The position numbers and the translations under genes were made by a program. From NCBI GenBank assembly GCA_902573755.1, contig CACGLD010000002.1:3339-67338 (forward strand): DNA of 64,000 nucleotides. Reading direction: 5' to 3'. The stretch is from an uncultured Pelagibacteraceae bacterium (GTDB lineage Bacteria; Pseudomonadota; Alphaproteobacteria; Pelagibacterales; Pelagibacteraceae). Under the pieces are notes generated by a model that was given only the letters and a program-made list of their open reading frames with translations, did not search any database and was not told where the DNA came from. Numbering within the stretch: position 1 is the stretch's first letter; every line of letters begins with the position of its first letter. Positions 15,614-25,930 of the stretch are shown piece by piece.

Positions 15614-16491
15614 GCTGCTTTTTTCTTCCTAACTAATGCCTGATAACTTTCATTCAAATCAATAATAGTATCACAAACTTTAAATTGATTTTCAGCAATA
15701 CAAGAAACTGGTGTTACCTCTGCTGCTGTTCCTGTTAAAAAACATCCAACAAAATTAGGTAATTCGGTAGGACTAATTTTTCTTTCATGCACTTTTATAT
15801 TTTTTGATTTTGCAATTCCAATTACGGTTCTTCTTGTAATACCATCTAAAAAAGAATCTGGTATTGGAGTATGAATTTCTCCATTTTTATCTTTGAAAAA
15901 AATATTTGCACCAGTTGCTTCAGCAATATTTCCTTCGTGATCAAGCATTAATGAATCTGTATATCCTTGCTTTTCAGCCTCATGTTTTGAGAGTGTACAA
16001 ATCATGTAAAGACCTGACGCCTTTGTATCCCATGGTATTGTATTAGGCGCTGGTCTTCTCCAATTCGAAATATTTAATCTTATTCCTTCTACTTTAAGTT
16101 TAGGATCAAAATATGATCCCCATTCCCATGTTGCAATCGCAACATGTATTTTTGTTTGTTGCGCAGAAATAGCCATCATCTCACTACCTCTCCAAGCAAC
16201 AGGTCTTACATAACCATTTTCTACTTTTTGGGTTGCTATAATTTTATTGGATGCATTATTGATTTCTTCCTCTGTATATGGAATTTCAAAACCCATTCTT
16301 CTTGCGGAATGAAAAAATCTAGCTGTGTGCTCTTCTAATTTGAAAATTGAACCATCATAAACTCGCTCACCCTCAAATACACAACTAGCGTAGTGCATAC
16401 CATGGCTTAAAACATGTAGTTTAACGTCAGCCCAATCAACTAATTCGTTGTTGTACCATATTTTTCCGGATCGTTTGTCGTAAGGTATCAT
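15610..16491 (-). CDS. ilvE: Branched-chain amino acid aminotransferase
   Basis: HYASCVFEG, YVRP, KASGLY, EATGANIF, LDGITR and GTAAEV (class IV PLP enzyme). Confidence 0.93.
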   Translation of the reverse strand: MIPYDKRSGKIWYNNELVDWADVKLHVLSHGMHYASCVFEGERVYDGSIFKLEEHTARFFHSARRMGFEIPYTEEEINNASNKIIATQKVENGYVRPVAWRGSEMMAISAQQTKIHVAIATWEWGSYFDPKLKVEGIRLNISNWRRPAPNTIPWDTKASGLYMICTLSKHEAEKQGYTDSLMLDHEGNIAEATGANIFFKDKNGEIHTPIPDSFLDGITRRTVIGIAKSKNIKVHERKISPTELPNFVGCFLTGTAAEVTPVSCIAENQFKVCDTIIDLNESYQALVRKKKAA

Positions 16492-16564
16492 GTGTGAAAA
16501 TTTTTTTAATTTATAAATGAAAAATATCTTTCTATCTTTAATATGTCAATATAACTTACCTATC

Positions 16565-17002
16565 ATGAAAGAACTTTTATATTTAAAAGATGACCAGCTT
16601 AAAGATCTAATTGAAAAACTATTCGTAAGCTATAGAGAAACCTTTTCTGACTCTAAAAAAATATTAGATAGATATTCAATTGGTTTAGCACACCATAAAG
16701 TAATTCATTTACTGTCAATGTATGAAGGGATCTCAATTTCAGAGCTGCTTAAAAGATTAAAAGTCACAAAACAAAGCTTAAATCGTGTTCTCAAAGATTT
16801 GATTAAACTTGAAATCGTTATTTTTAAAAAAGATGACCAAGATACTAGAGTAAAGCATGTTTTTCTTAATGATAAAGGTAAAAAAATTTTTAATGAAATT
16901 TTTAATTTACAAAAAAAGAGAATTTATAATGCTTTATTAAATTCAAGTTCTGAGGAAGTTATAAATTTTGATAATGTACTAAGTAAAATAATTAATGGAT
17001 AA
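16565..17002 (+). CDS. MarR-family transcriptional regulator (PetP-like)
   Basis: Winged HTH LKVTKQSLNRVLKDL...DTRVK; alphaproteobacterial ilvE/marR-ompR-envZ arrangement; ATG 16565 preferred over 16517. Confidence 0.85.
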   Translation: MKELLYLKDDQLKDLIEKLFVSYRETFSDSKKILDRYSIGLAHHKVIHLLSMYEGISISELLKRLKVTKQSLNRVLKDLIKLEIVIFKKDDQDTRVKHVFLNDKGKKIFNEIFNLQKKRIYNALLNSSSEEVINFDNVLSKIING

Positions 17003-17672
17003 GTTTATTGCACATATACTAGTGGTTGATGATGATGATGGGATTAGATCTCTTGTAAAAAAGTATTTAAATGAAAATAAATTTTTAGTCACTACTGCTG
17101 AAAATGCAGAAAATGCATCAGAGAAAATAAAAATAATTAAGTTTGATTTGATAGTTTTGGATATAATGATGCCTGGCAAAAGTGGGCTTGAATTTTTAAA
17201 AGAAAATAAAAAAAAATTAGATACACCAGTTATACTTCTCACTGCCAAAGGTGAGGCGAGTGAAAGGGTTGAGGGGTTAGAGATTGGTGCTGATGATTAT
17301 TTGCCAAAACCATTTGAACCAAAAGAATTAATTCTAAGAATACAGAACATATTAAATAAAACTATCAAAACAGATCAGAAAAGGGTTATAGAATTTGCAA
17401 ATGTGAAAATTGATTTGAATAAACTTTTAATATTTAAAAGTGATAAAGAATTTAAGATTAATGCAACAGAAAAAACGATTTTAGAAAAAATGATTAATAA
17501 CCCAGGCAAAACATTTTCTAGAGAAGATATTGGTCAATTAATCAATTTAGATAAAGAGAGATCAATAGATGTTATTATTACCCGGCTTAGAAAAAAAATT
17601 GAAATTGATCCAAAAAATCCAAAATTTTTGCAAACAATAAGAGGTGCAGGATATGTTCTCTGGATTGAGTAA
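16995..17672 (+). CDS. ompR: OmpR-family response regulator (OmpR/PetR-like)
   Basis: VDDD, phosphoacceptor LDIMMP, KPF, C-terminal wHTH RSIDVIITRLRKK...TIRGAGY. Confidence 0.88.
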   Translation: MDKFIAHILVVDDDDGIRSLVKKYLNENKFLVTTAENAENASEKIKIIKFDLIVLDIMMPGKSGLEFLKENKKKLDTPVILLTAKGEASERVEGLEIGADDYLPKPFEPKELILRIQNILNKTIKTDQKRVIEFANVKIDLNKLLIFKSDKEFKINATEKTILEKMINNPGKTFSREDIGQLINLDKERSIDVIITRLRKKIEIDPKNPKFLQTIRGAGYVLWIE

Positions 17673-18972
17673 TTACTTAAAAAAAATATTACCAAAAAGA
17701 TTATTTTATAGAGCACTTCTTATAGTTGCTATTCCAGTTTTGGTTTTGCAACTAGTAATTACAATTGTTTTTTTTGATAGCCTTTGGATCAAAACAAACA
17801 AAGGTATGACAAGAACTTTAGTAAATGAAATTAGTACATTTATTGAAGCCTATGAAAGTGAGCAGGAAAATAAACAAGAGTTGCTAGATCTTTTTTCCAT
17901 ATTTTTAGATTTAAATATTGAGTTCACCAATAACGAAAAATTACAAAATACAGATACTGAAAGATGGTTTAGTCCTATAGATAGAACTTTAAGAAGAGAA
18001 CTAAAATCTAAATTTGGATTAGATGAATACTGGTTTGATACAACAAGTTATAAAGAATTAATTGATTTAAGAATTAAATACGAAGATGGTTATTTTAAAT
18101 TTTTAGTGCCTAAAGATAGGGTTGCAAGTTCTTCAGCAAGAATATTTGCACTTTGGATCACAGTACCTGCAATTATAATGGTGATCATTTCTCTAATATT
18201 TTTAAAAAATCAAACTAGACCAATCACTAACCTCGCTCGTGCGGCTGAAAGGTTTGGTAAAGGAGAAAATATTGAAGAGTTCAAACCTTCTGGAGCCCTT
18301 GAAATAAGACAAGCAGGACATGAATTTGATAAAATGAGAAAGAGAATTGAAAGACACTTAAATCAAAGAACAGAAATGTTATCTGGAATAAGTCATGATT
18401 TAAGGACACCTTTGACAAGGATGAAACTACAATTAGCTTTTATAAAAGACAAAGAAACTGTTAATAAATTGACTGAAGACATCAATGAAATGGAGAAAAT
18501 GCTAAATGAATATTTGCAATTCACCAGCTCATCATATGTTGAAAAAGATGAATTGTTTAATTTATCTGAATTAATTTCTGTCGTTATTGAAAAATATAAT
18601 AATGAAAATATTTCACAAAACTTAACACCAAGAATTTACTTTAATGGTAGAAAAAATTTAATTAATAGATGTCTAAATAATCTAATTGATAATTCACTGA
18701 AATATGCAAATAAAGTTGAAATTAGTTTAAGTAAAAAAAATACAAACTTATTCATTATTATTGATGATGATGGTCCTGGAATACCAAAAGATGAGTATGA
18801 AAATGTATTTAAACCTTTCTATAAAATAGATAAGGGTCGAGCAGACTCTAAATCAAGTGTTGGTCTTGGCTTATCAATTTCATCAGACATTATCAAATCT
18901 CATGGAGGAAATATAATGTTAGAAAAATCAAAAATGGATGGTTTGAGAGTTAAGGTTTTCTTGCCTGTTTAA
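17653..18972 (+). CDS. envZ: EnvZ-like sensor histidine kinase
   Basis: Two TM segments, HAMP domain, H-box SHDLRTPL, N-box NLIDN, DDGPGI, GLGL. Confidence 0.88.
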   Translation: MFSGLSNYLKKILPKRLFYRALLIVAIPVLVLQLVITIVFFDSLWIKTNKGMTRTLVNEISTFIEAYESEQENKQELLDLFSIFLDLNIEFTNNEKLQNTDTERWFSPIDRTLRRELKSKFGLDEYWFDTTSYKELIDLRIKYEDGYFKFLVPKDRVASSSARIFALWITVPAIIMVIISLIFLKNQTRPITNLARAAERFGKGENIEEFKPSGALEIRQAGHEFDKMRKRIERHLNQRTEMLSGISHDLRTPLTRMKLQLAFIKDKETVNKLTEDINEMEKMLNEYLQFTSSSYVEKDELFNLSELISVVIEKYNNENISQNLTPRIYFNGRKNLINRCLNNLIDNSLKYANKVEISLSKKNTNLFIIIDDDGPGIPKDEYENVFKPFYKIDKGRADSKSSVGLGLSISSDIIKSHGGNIMLEKSKMDGLRVKVFLPV

Positions 18973-19201
18973 CTTTTTTATTTTTTTTTTTCTCAAGTTT
19001 ATTTATTTTATTTTCGAGATTCTCAACTCGTTTTGAGAGAACTTCAAACTCATCTTTACTTGTAAGTTTCATTTTAAAAACAAACTCATCTCTTTTAGAT
19101 TTTAGGATATTAAATAATTCAGTAGTTAAGTCTTTTGAAGATACTAGTCCCTGCTCTATTAATTTAGCAAACTTATCAATTATAAATTTAGAATTTTTCA
19201 T
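18950..19201 (-). CDS. UbiK/BMFP-family accessory protein
   Basis: Short protein with LTSKDEFEVL (the family pattern is LVxREEFE) then a coiled coil; divergent from lgt as in alphaproteobacteria. Confidence 0.65.
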   Translation of the reverse strand: MKNSKFIIDKFAKLIEQGLVSSKDLTTELFNILKSKRDEFVFKMKLTSKDEFEVLSKRVENLENKINKLEKKKNKKVKQARKP

Positions 19202-19233
19202 ATTTAAGATATACATTATAAGTATTATTAAAA

Positions 19234-20004
19234 ATGTTCATTAATAATTTTGACCCAGTAGCCTTAGAAATATTTTCTTTAGAAATCAGGTGGTATTCTT
19301 TAGCTTATATATTTGGAATTATATTAGGCTGGATTCTCGCTAAAAAATTATTTATCCAAGACATAGAAGTTAAAAATAAATTTGATGATTATTTAACTTA
19401 TTTAATTATCGGTATAATTTTAGGAGGAAGACTCGGTTATATTTTTATTTATAATTTAAGTTTTTATATAAATAATCCATTAGATATATTTAAAATTTGG
19501 CAAGGAGGAATGTCCTTCCATGGTGGTTTAATTGGAGTTATTTTCGCATCTATATTTTTCGCTAAAAAAAATAATCAAAACCCGTTCTTATATTTAGATA
19601 TTGTCGCTTTAGTAGCTCCGGTCGGATTATTTTTTGGACGAATAGCAAACTTTATAAATTCAGAGCTGTATGGAACTATAACTAATGTACCCTGGGCGGT
19701 AACATTTGTTCAGGTAGATAGTCTTCCTAGGCATCCCTCACAATTATATGAAGCACTATTAGAGGGTTTATTTTTATTTTTATTATTACTTTATTTTAAA
19801 AATAAATTTTCAAACAAACCTGGTGTGATTTCAGGATTATTTTTAATAATTTACTCAATTTTCAGATTTGTTATTGAATTTTACAGAGTACCAGATGAAC
19901 AGCTTGGTTATATACTTTTAAACTTAACGATGGGGCAAGTAGTAAGTTTAATATTTATAATATCAGGAGTAATCTTATTTTATTTAAAATATGAAACTCG
20001 CTAA
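19234..20004 (+). CDS. lgt: Prolipoprotein diacylglyceryl transferase
   Basis: RWY, GGRLGY, GGMSFHGG, GRIANFINSELYG, HPSQLYE. Confidence 0.97.
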   Translation: MFINNFDPVALEIFSLEIRWYSLAYIFGIILGWILAKKLFIQDIEVKNKFDDYLTYLIIGIILGGRLGYIFIYNLSFYINNPLDIFKIWQGGMSFHGGLIGVIFASIFFAKKNNQNPFLYLDIVALVAPVGLFFGRIANFINSELYGTITNVPWAVTFVQVDSLPRHPSQLYEALLEGLFLFLLLLYFKNKFSNKPGVISGLFLIIYSIFRFVIEFYRVPDEQLGYILLNLTMGQVVSLIFIISGVILFYLKYETR

Positions 20005-21043
20005 AACAAATAATTTACCATTAGATCAATTTATAAATTTTGCTCTTTACGATAAGGACAAAGGTTTTTATATGAAAAAAAATCCTTTTGGTGAAGATGG
20101 AGACTTTGTTACCGCTCCCAATGTCACAAGATTATTTTCAGAAATTATCGCAATTTGGACGATCACTTTTTGGAAAAGCATTGGCTCTCCGAAAAAATTT
20201 AATTTGCTAGAACTGGGAGCTGGAAATGGTGAAATGATGAAAGTCATAGATGAGACACTTATAAATTTTCCAGAATGTTACAATGCCTGCAGTTTTGTAA
20301 TTCATGAAAAAAGTGATTTTTTATTAAATGAACAAAAGAAAAATTTAAATTCTAAAAAGTTTTCATGGTTAAAAAACATTGAAAAAATAAACTCAAACCC
20401 AACAATTTTTTTAGCTAATGAATTCTTTGATGCCATACCAATCAAACAATTTTTTAAAAGAAAAGATGGTTGGGTTGAAAGATTTGTGAATTTGAGTGAT
20501 CCAAACAAAGCTGAATTTAAAGATGAAAAAATTGATATAGATACAATTGAAAAACATCTTAATTTCGAAATATCAAAAGATCAGAGCGTTATAGAATATT
20601 CGCCAGATACTTTTAAATATTTAAGAACAATATGTGACTTAATACAAAAAAATGATGGAGGAATGTTAGTTATTGATTATGGTTATGCAGATAGCAAAAT
20701 GCATGAAACTCTTCAGGCAGTAAATAATCACAAATATTCTAACGTTTTAGAAAATATTGGAGACTCTGATATTACTTACAATATAAACTTTCATTCCTTT
20801 GAAAAATTTATAAATCAGTTTAAAGAAATTAATTCAATTTTTACAAATCAAAAAAAATTTTTAACAAATATGGGTATTCTTCACAGGGCAGAAATAATCA
20901 GCAAAAATATAGCATTTTCTAAAAAAGCAGATTTATTTTATAGAGTAAGACGTTTAATAGATGAAAATCAAATGGGTGAATTGTTCAAAGTCATGCTTGT
21001 AAAAAATAAGAGAAACAATTTTAAGACAGGTTTTCAAAATTGA
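19991..21043 (+). CDS. SAM-dependent methyltransferase, MidA/NDUFAF7 family
   Basis: GDFVTAP, ELGAGNG, NEFFDAIP, IDYG, DIT and MGELFKV motifs. Confidence 0.9.
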   Translation: MKLAKTNNLPLDQFINFALYDKDKGFYMKKNPFGEDGDFVTAPNVTRLFSEIIAIWTITFWKSIGSPKKFNLLELGAGNGEMMKVIDETLINFPECYNACSFVIHEKSDFLLNEQKKNLNSKKFSWLKNIEKINSNPTIFLANEFFDAIPIKQFFKRKDGWVERFVNLSDPNKAEFKDEKIDIDTIEKHLNFEISKDQSVIEYSPDTFKYLRTICDLIQKNDGGMLVIDYGYADSKMHETLQAVNNHKYSNVLENIGDSDITYNINFHSFEKFINQFKEINSIFTNQKKFLTNMGILHRAEIISKNIAFSKKADLFYRVRRLIDENQMGELFKVMLVKNKRNNFKTGFQN

Positions 21044-21798
21044 TAAAATCAAAAAAACTTTCAAAAATAAAAATAATTAAACATGGTTTTTTTAATAAAA
21101 CTGGTGGTAAATCAAAAAAAATTTATAAAAGTTTAAACTGTGGCCCAGGTTCTAAAGATAATCCCTCAGATATTAAAAAAAATTTACAAATAGTTAAAAA
21201 AAAAATAAAAAGCACCGCTAAAAGTATTTTTTTACTTCATCAAATACATAGTAATAAGTTTATTTATATTAATGAAAAAAATAAATTTAGATCAAAACCA
21301 AAAGCAGACGCGGTAATTACAAACCAAAAAAATATCCCAATTGGTGTTTTAACTGCTGACTGTGTGCCAATTTTAATCTGTGATGAAAGAGCAAAATTAG
21401 TAGCTGCAATTCATGCGGGGTGGAAAGGTGCATACAAAGATATAATTAGCAAAGTAATCCAATTTATGATCAAAAAAGGATCTAATCCTAAAAATATTAC
21501 TGCAGCTATCGGACCTGCTATCTCAGCTAAAAATTATGAAGTCAAACAAGATTTTAGAAGAAAATTTCTAAAAAAGGATAAAAAAAATAATAAATTTTTT
21601 AAAATTAAGTACAAAAAGCTTTATTTTGATTTACCTAAATATGTAAAATCATGTCTATTAAAGAATAAAATAAAAAATATTGAGTCTTTAAATATTGATA
21701 CATTTGATATTAATAATAATTTTTTTAGTGCAAGAAGAGCGTTAAGGCTAAATCATGATGATTATGGTAGAAATATTTCAATAATTATGCTTTATTAG
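21040..21798 (+). CDS. pgeF: Peptidoglycan editing factor / purine nucleoside phosphorylase YfiH
   Basis: QIHS, ADAVIT, TADCVP, HAGWKG, IGPAI; TTG start overlapping the upstream stop. Confidence 0.9.
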   Translation: MIKSKKLSKIKIIKHGFFNKTGGKSKKIYKSLNCGPGSKDNPSDIKKNLQIVKKKIKSTAKSIFLLHQIHSNKFIYINEKNKFRSKPKADAVITNQKNIPIGVLTADCVPILICDERAKLVAAIHAGWKGAYKDIISKVIQFMIKKGSNPKNITAAIGPAISAKNYEVKQDFRRKFLKKDKKNNKFFKIKYKKLYFDLPKYVKSCLLKNKIKNIESLNIDTFDINNNFFSARRALRLNHDDYGRNISIIMLY

Positions 21799-21807
21799 GC
21801 TTTTTTA

Positions 21808-22740
21808 ATGAAATTATTATCCGGAAATAGCAACAAACCATTAAGCAAGAATATTGCTAAATATCTAAAATCTAAATTAGTAAACTCTAGTATTAGAAAT
21901 TTTTCTGATGGAGAAATTTATGTTGAAATAAATGAGAATATTAGAGGAAACAGTATTTTTATTATTCAATCTGTATCTTCGCCTGCTAATGATAATTTAA
22001 TGGAACTTTTATTGTGTATTGATGCGCTAAAAAGATCTTCTGCAAAAAATATAACTGCAGTAATTCCATATTTTGGTTATGCCAGACAGGACAGAAAAGT
22101 AGTACCAAGAACTTCGATTTCTGCAAAATTAGTATCAAACTTAATTACAAAAGCAGGTGCTGACAGAGTAGTTACTGTTGATTTGCATGCAGGTCAAATT
22201 CAGGGTTTCTTTGATATTCCAGTCGACAACTTGTTTGCGACACCTATTTTTGCAAGACATGCAAAAAAAAAGATAAAAAGTAAAAACCTAATTTGTGTTG
22301 CTCCAGATGTGGGTGGAACTGAACGAGCAAGAGCGTTAGGTAAACTCTTAAATGTTGGATTAGCAATTGTAGATAAAAGAAGACCAAAACCAGGTCAATC
22401 TCAAGTCATGAATGTGATAGGAGATGTAAGGGGTAAAACTTGTATAATTGTAGATGATATAATCGACTCTGGTGGAACAATAGTAAATGCAGCTAAAGCC
22501 CTTAAAGACAGAGGGGCTAAAGAAGTTTATGTCTATATAACTCATGGTGTACTCAGCGGTGAAGCTGTAAAAAAAATTAAAAATTCTGTAATTAAGAATT
22601 TGGTGATAACTGATACAATCGATAACATGAGCAGAACTAAAGGTGTTAAAAACATTGAGGTTCTGTCAATTTCAGGGCTTATGGGAGAAGCAATTAAAAG
22701 AATATCTAATTCAACCTCAGTATCAGATTTATTCAAATAA
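21808..22740 (+). CDS. prs: Ribose-phosphate pyrophosphokinase
   Basis: [29 protein letters not shown]. Confidence 0.97.
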   Translation: MKLLSGNSNKPLSKNIAKYLKSKLVNSSIRNFSDGEIYVEINENIRGNSIFIIQSVSSPANDNLMELLLCIDALKRSSAKNITAVIPYFGYARQDRKVVPRTSISAKLVSNLITKAGADRVVTVDLHAGQIQGFFDIPVDNLFATPIFARHAKKKIKSKNLICVAPDVGGTERARALGKLLNVGLAIVDKRRPKPGQSQVMNVIGDVRGKTCIIVDDIIDSGGTIVNAAKALKDRGAKEVYVYITHGVLSGEAVKKIKNSVIKNLVITDTIDNMSRTKGVKNIEVLSISGLMGEAIKRISNSTSVSDLFK

Positions 22741-22745
22741 ATACC

Positions 22746-22774
22746 TTGAGTTATTAAGGAACTTGAGCTAAAAA
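22746..22774 (+). promoter_or_regulatory. Candidate sigma70 promoter for rplY
   Basis: TTGAGT (22746-22751), 17-bp spacer, TAAAAA (22769-22774) within GCTAAAAAC; pattern match only. Confidence 0.35.
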
Positions 22775-22785
22775 CCCTTGTTTTT

Positions 22786-23499
22786 ATGAATTCATTAGAC
22801 GCCAACATCAGAAATACCAAAACTAAAGGTGAATTAAGTTCATTGAGAGTTAATGGTAGTGTGCCTGCTATAATTTATGGTGGAGAGGCTCAAAACGAGA
22901 AAATTTCAATATCTAAAAAAATACTTAAGTCACTAATTGAAAAAGAAAACTTTTTATCAAGCATCATAACTTTAAATGTTGATGGTAAACCTCAAAAAGT
23001 TCTACCAAGAGAAATAAAATATGACATTATTTCAGATGAACCAATTCATGTAGACTTTCTAAGAATAGTTTCAGGCATAAAAGTTAGAATTGAAGTTCCA
23101 GTAAAATTTTTAAATCATGAAAAATCTCCTGGTTTGAAAAGAGGTGGGGTTTTAAACATTGTACGAAGAAAAGTTGAGCTAAAATGCCCAAGCGAAAAAA
23201 TTCCTGAAAATCTTGTGATAGATCTTGATGGAGTTGATATTGGAGAGAGTTTTAAGATCTCTTCTATAAATCTTGACAGTGACGTTATTCCTACAATTCA
23301 AGGAAGAGATTTCGTAATTGCAACTCTAGCAGCTCCGACTGTTATGAAAGAACCTGAAAAACCTGCAGAAGCTGAGGCGGCTGAGGGAGAAGGTGCTGAA
23401 GGAGCAGAAGCAGCAGCAGCTGAAGGTGGAGATAAGCCAGCAGCTGAAGGTGATAAAAAAGAAGGTGAAGATAAAAAACCTGCTGAAGAAAAAAAATAA
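22786..23499 (+). CDS. rplY: 50S ribosomal protein L25 / general stress protein Ctc
   Basis: VPAIIYG, HVDF, GLKRGG, CTC C-terminal domain and Ala/Glu/Lys low-complexity tail; prs-rplY-pth-ychF order. Confidence 0.95.
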   Translation: MNSLDANIRNTKTKGELSSLRVNGSVPAIIYGGEAQNEKISISKKILKSLIEKENFLSSIITLNVDGKPQKVLPREIKYDIISDEPIHVDFLRIVSGIKVRIEVPVKFLNHEKSPGLKRGGVLNIVRRKVELKCPSEKIPENLVIDLDGVDIGESFKISSINLDSDVIPTIQGRDFVIATLAAPTVMKEPEKPAEAEAAEGEGAEGAEAAAAEGGDKPAAEGDKKEGEDKKPAEEKK

Positions 23500-23540
23500 G
23501 TTAATTAAAATTGAATTTTATCCTCCAATATTAATATTTT

Positions 23541-24101
23541 ATGCTACTACTTGTAGGATTAGGCAATCCAACCCCAGACAGTGAAAACAATAGACACAAT
23601 ATTGGTTTCAAGATTATAGATGCTATAAATAAAAAATTTGGACTTTCAAAACAAAAACCAAAATTCAAAGGACTTCTTACGACTGGTAATGTAGGAGACC
23701 AAAAAGTTTACGCTATTAAACCTTTAACATTTATGAATAATTCTGGAATTTGTATTAGAGAATTAATTGAATATTTCAAAATAGATGCTGAGGATGTTAT
23801 CGTTTTTCATGACGATCTAGACGTAGAGTTTGGTAAGATAAAAGCAAAATTTGGTGGCTCTGATGCTGGACATAACGGAATTGCATCAATAGATAAATTT
23901 ATTGGCAAAGATTATTCAAGAGTGAGAATAGGAATTGGTAAACCAAAAGATAAAATGGAAGTAGGTGATTTTGTTCTTCAGAATTTTGATGAAGATGAAA
24001 TGCTTGGATTGGAAAAAATTACAAATAACATTACAGATTCTATATCAATACTTATCGACAAAAAATTAGATTTATTCTCTAGCACTGTAAACAATAAATA
24101 A
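23541..24101 (+). CDS. pth: Peptidyl-tRNA hydrolase
   Basis: VGLGNP, RHNIG, KPLTFMNNSG, HDDLD, GHNG. Confidence 0.97.
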   Translation: MLLLVGLGNPTPDSENNRHNIGFKIIDAINKKFGLSKQKPKFKGLLTTGNVGDQKVYAIKPLTFMNNSGICIRELIEYFKIDAEDVIVFHDDLDVEFGKIKAKFGGSDAGHNGIASIDKFIGKDYSRVRIGIGKPKDKMEVGDFVLQNFDEDEMLGLEKITNNITDSISILIDKKLDLFSSTVNNK

Positions 24102-25174
24102 TGAGTTTTAAATGTGGAATTGTTGGTTTGCCTAATGTGGGTAAATCTACTCTCTTCAACGCACTTACAAACTCAAGCAAAGCCCAAGCAGCAAATTTTC
24201 CATTTTGTACGATAGATCCCAATGTGGGAGTAGTCCCCGTTCCAGATGAAAGATTGAACAAATTATCAGAAGTTTCAAAATCAAAAAAAACAATAAATAC
24301 AACTATTTCATTTGTGGATATAGCTGGTCTTGTTAAAGGTGCATCTAAAGGTGAAGGATTAGGCAATAAATTTCTGTCCCACATAAGAGAAGTTGATGCA
24401 GTTATTCATATGATTAGATGTTTTGACTCAGACGATATTCAAAATGTAAATCCTAATGTTGACCCAATAAGAGATCTTGAGATCATTGAAACTGAAATGA
24501 TGTTGGCTGACCTAGAATCTATCCAAAAAAGACTTGAAAAAAATAATAAGAAAAACGTTGACGAAGATCAACTTAAGATTTTAGAGATTGCATTAGACTG
24601 CATTAATAATGATAAAGATATATCAATATTAAATTCTCAATTTGACACAAAACAACTTAATCAAAGTGGTCTTTTATCAATAAAACCAAAGATTTTTGTT
24701 TGCAATGTAGATGAGCAAAGCGTTCAGGATGGAAATCAATATACTAAAAACTTTATTGAAAAATTTGGAAAAGATAACACTCTGATTGTTTCTGCAGACA
24801 TAGAAAACCAAATAAATGAATTAGCAGAAGATGAAAAAAAAAATTATATGGATATGATTGGTTTAAAAGATACAGGTCTAAGTATGTTAATTCAAAAAGG
24901 CTATAAAATATTAGAACTTGATACGTATTTTACTTCTGGGCCTGAAGAAACAAGGGCTTGGACTATACAAAAAAATTGTACCGCTCCTAAGGCTGCAGGA
25001 GAAATTCATACAGATTTTGAGAAAGGTTTCATTAGAGCTGAAACTATATCTTATGAAGATTTTATTGCTAATGATGGTTGGGTAAATTCTAAAGCTAATG
25101 GAAAAATGAGATTAGAAGGTAAAGATTATATTGTGAAAGATGGAGACGTACTAAACTTCAGATTCAACACGTGA
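24101..25174 (+). CDS. ychF: Redox-regulated ATPase YchF
   Basis: GLPNVGKST, PFCTIDPN, DIAGLVKGAS, C-terminal TGS domain. Confidence 0.97.
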   Translation: MSFKCGIVGLPNVGKSTLFNALTNSSKAQAANFPFCTIDPNVGVVPVPDERLNKLSEVSKSKKTINTTISFVDIAGLVKGASKGEGLGNKFLSHIREVDAVIHMIRCFDSDDIQNVNPNVDPIRDLEIIETEMMLADLESIQKRLEKNNKKNVDEDQLKILEIALDCINNDKDISILNSQFDTKQLNQSGLLSIKPKIFVCNVDEQSVQDGNQYTKNFIEKFGKDNTLIVSADIENQINELAEDEKKNYMDMIGLKDTGLSMLIQKGYKILELDTYFTSGPEETRAWTIQKNCTAPKAAGEIHTDFEKGFIRAETISYEDFIANDGWVNSKANGKMRLEGKDYIVKDGDVLNFRFNT

Positions 25175-25930
25175 CCAAATCTTTTTCATGCTGAAGTAAA
25201 CAAGAATTGTTAAAATAATTAAGTATATAATTGCTTTAAAGCCCATCTGATGCCTGGCCTCTAGATGAGGTTCAGCAGCCCACATTAAAAATGTTGTTAC
25301 ATCTTTTGACATTTGTTCAACACTAGCAGTAGTTCCATCACCGTACTCGACTAATCCATCTGAAAGTGGAGCAGCCATTCTTATTTTATTTCCATACATA
25401 TACTTATTATAATGAACACCATCATCCAAAGTCATTCCACTAGGAGCTTCTTCATAGCCTTGCAATAAAGAATATATGTAATCAACACCACCACCTCTAG
25501 CTTTAACCAAAACAGACATGTCTGGAGGGTACGCGCCACCATTTGCTGCTTGTGCAGCTTTTACATTGTCATACGGCATTACAAATTTATCAGACAACTT
25601 ACCTGGTCTAGCAAACATTTCTCCATCTGCATTTGGTCCATCCATGACCTCAAATGAAGCTGCAATAGCTTTAGCTTGATCTTCTGGAAACTCTGGTCCA
25701 CCCTTTTCAGATAAATTTCTGTAACTTAAGTATTTCATTGAGTGACATGAGGCACAAACTTCTGTGTAAACTTGATATCCTCTTTGAAGAGAAGCTCTAT
25801 CAAATTTTCCAAAAAGCCCTTTAAAACTCCAATCTGTTTTTAAGTAATCAACTTTTTCAGCAGCAAAAGAAAAGGTATTTGACGAACAAATTAATAATAA
25901 TAATGAAAATATTTTAAGTAATTTTTTCAC
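25151..25930 (-). CDS. petC: Cytochrome c1
   Basis: Signal peptide, heme motif CASCH, PPDMS, C-terminal TM anchor; GTG start abutting the petB stop. Confidence 0.96.
   Translation of the reverse strand: MKKLLKIFSLLLLICSSNTFSFAAEKVDYLKTDWSFKGLFGKFDRASLQRGYQVYTEVCASCHSMKYLSYRNLSEKGGPEFPEDQAKAIAASFEVMDGPNADGEMFARPGKLSDKFVMPYDNVKAAQAANGGAYPPDMSVLVKARGGGVDYIYSLLQGYEEAPSGMTLDDGVHYNKYMYGNKIRMAAPLSDGLVEYGDGTTASVEQMSKDVTTFLMWAAEPHLEARHQMGFKAIIYLIILTILVYFSMKKIWSRVESEV

Noticed and set aside
18974-18991. T-rich run after envZ as an intrinsic terminator
   Set aside because: There is no preceding stem-loop; the run is the Lys-rich C-terminus of the opposite-strand UbiK-like gene
23350-23499. Imperfect GCTGAAGG/GCAGAAG repeats
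   Set aside because: They encode the common Ala/Glu/Lys low-complexity tail of L25/Ctc; not a CRISPR array or mobile repeat
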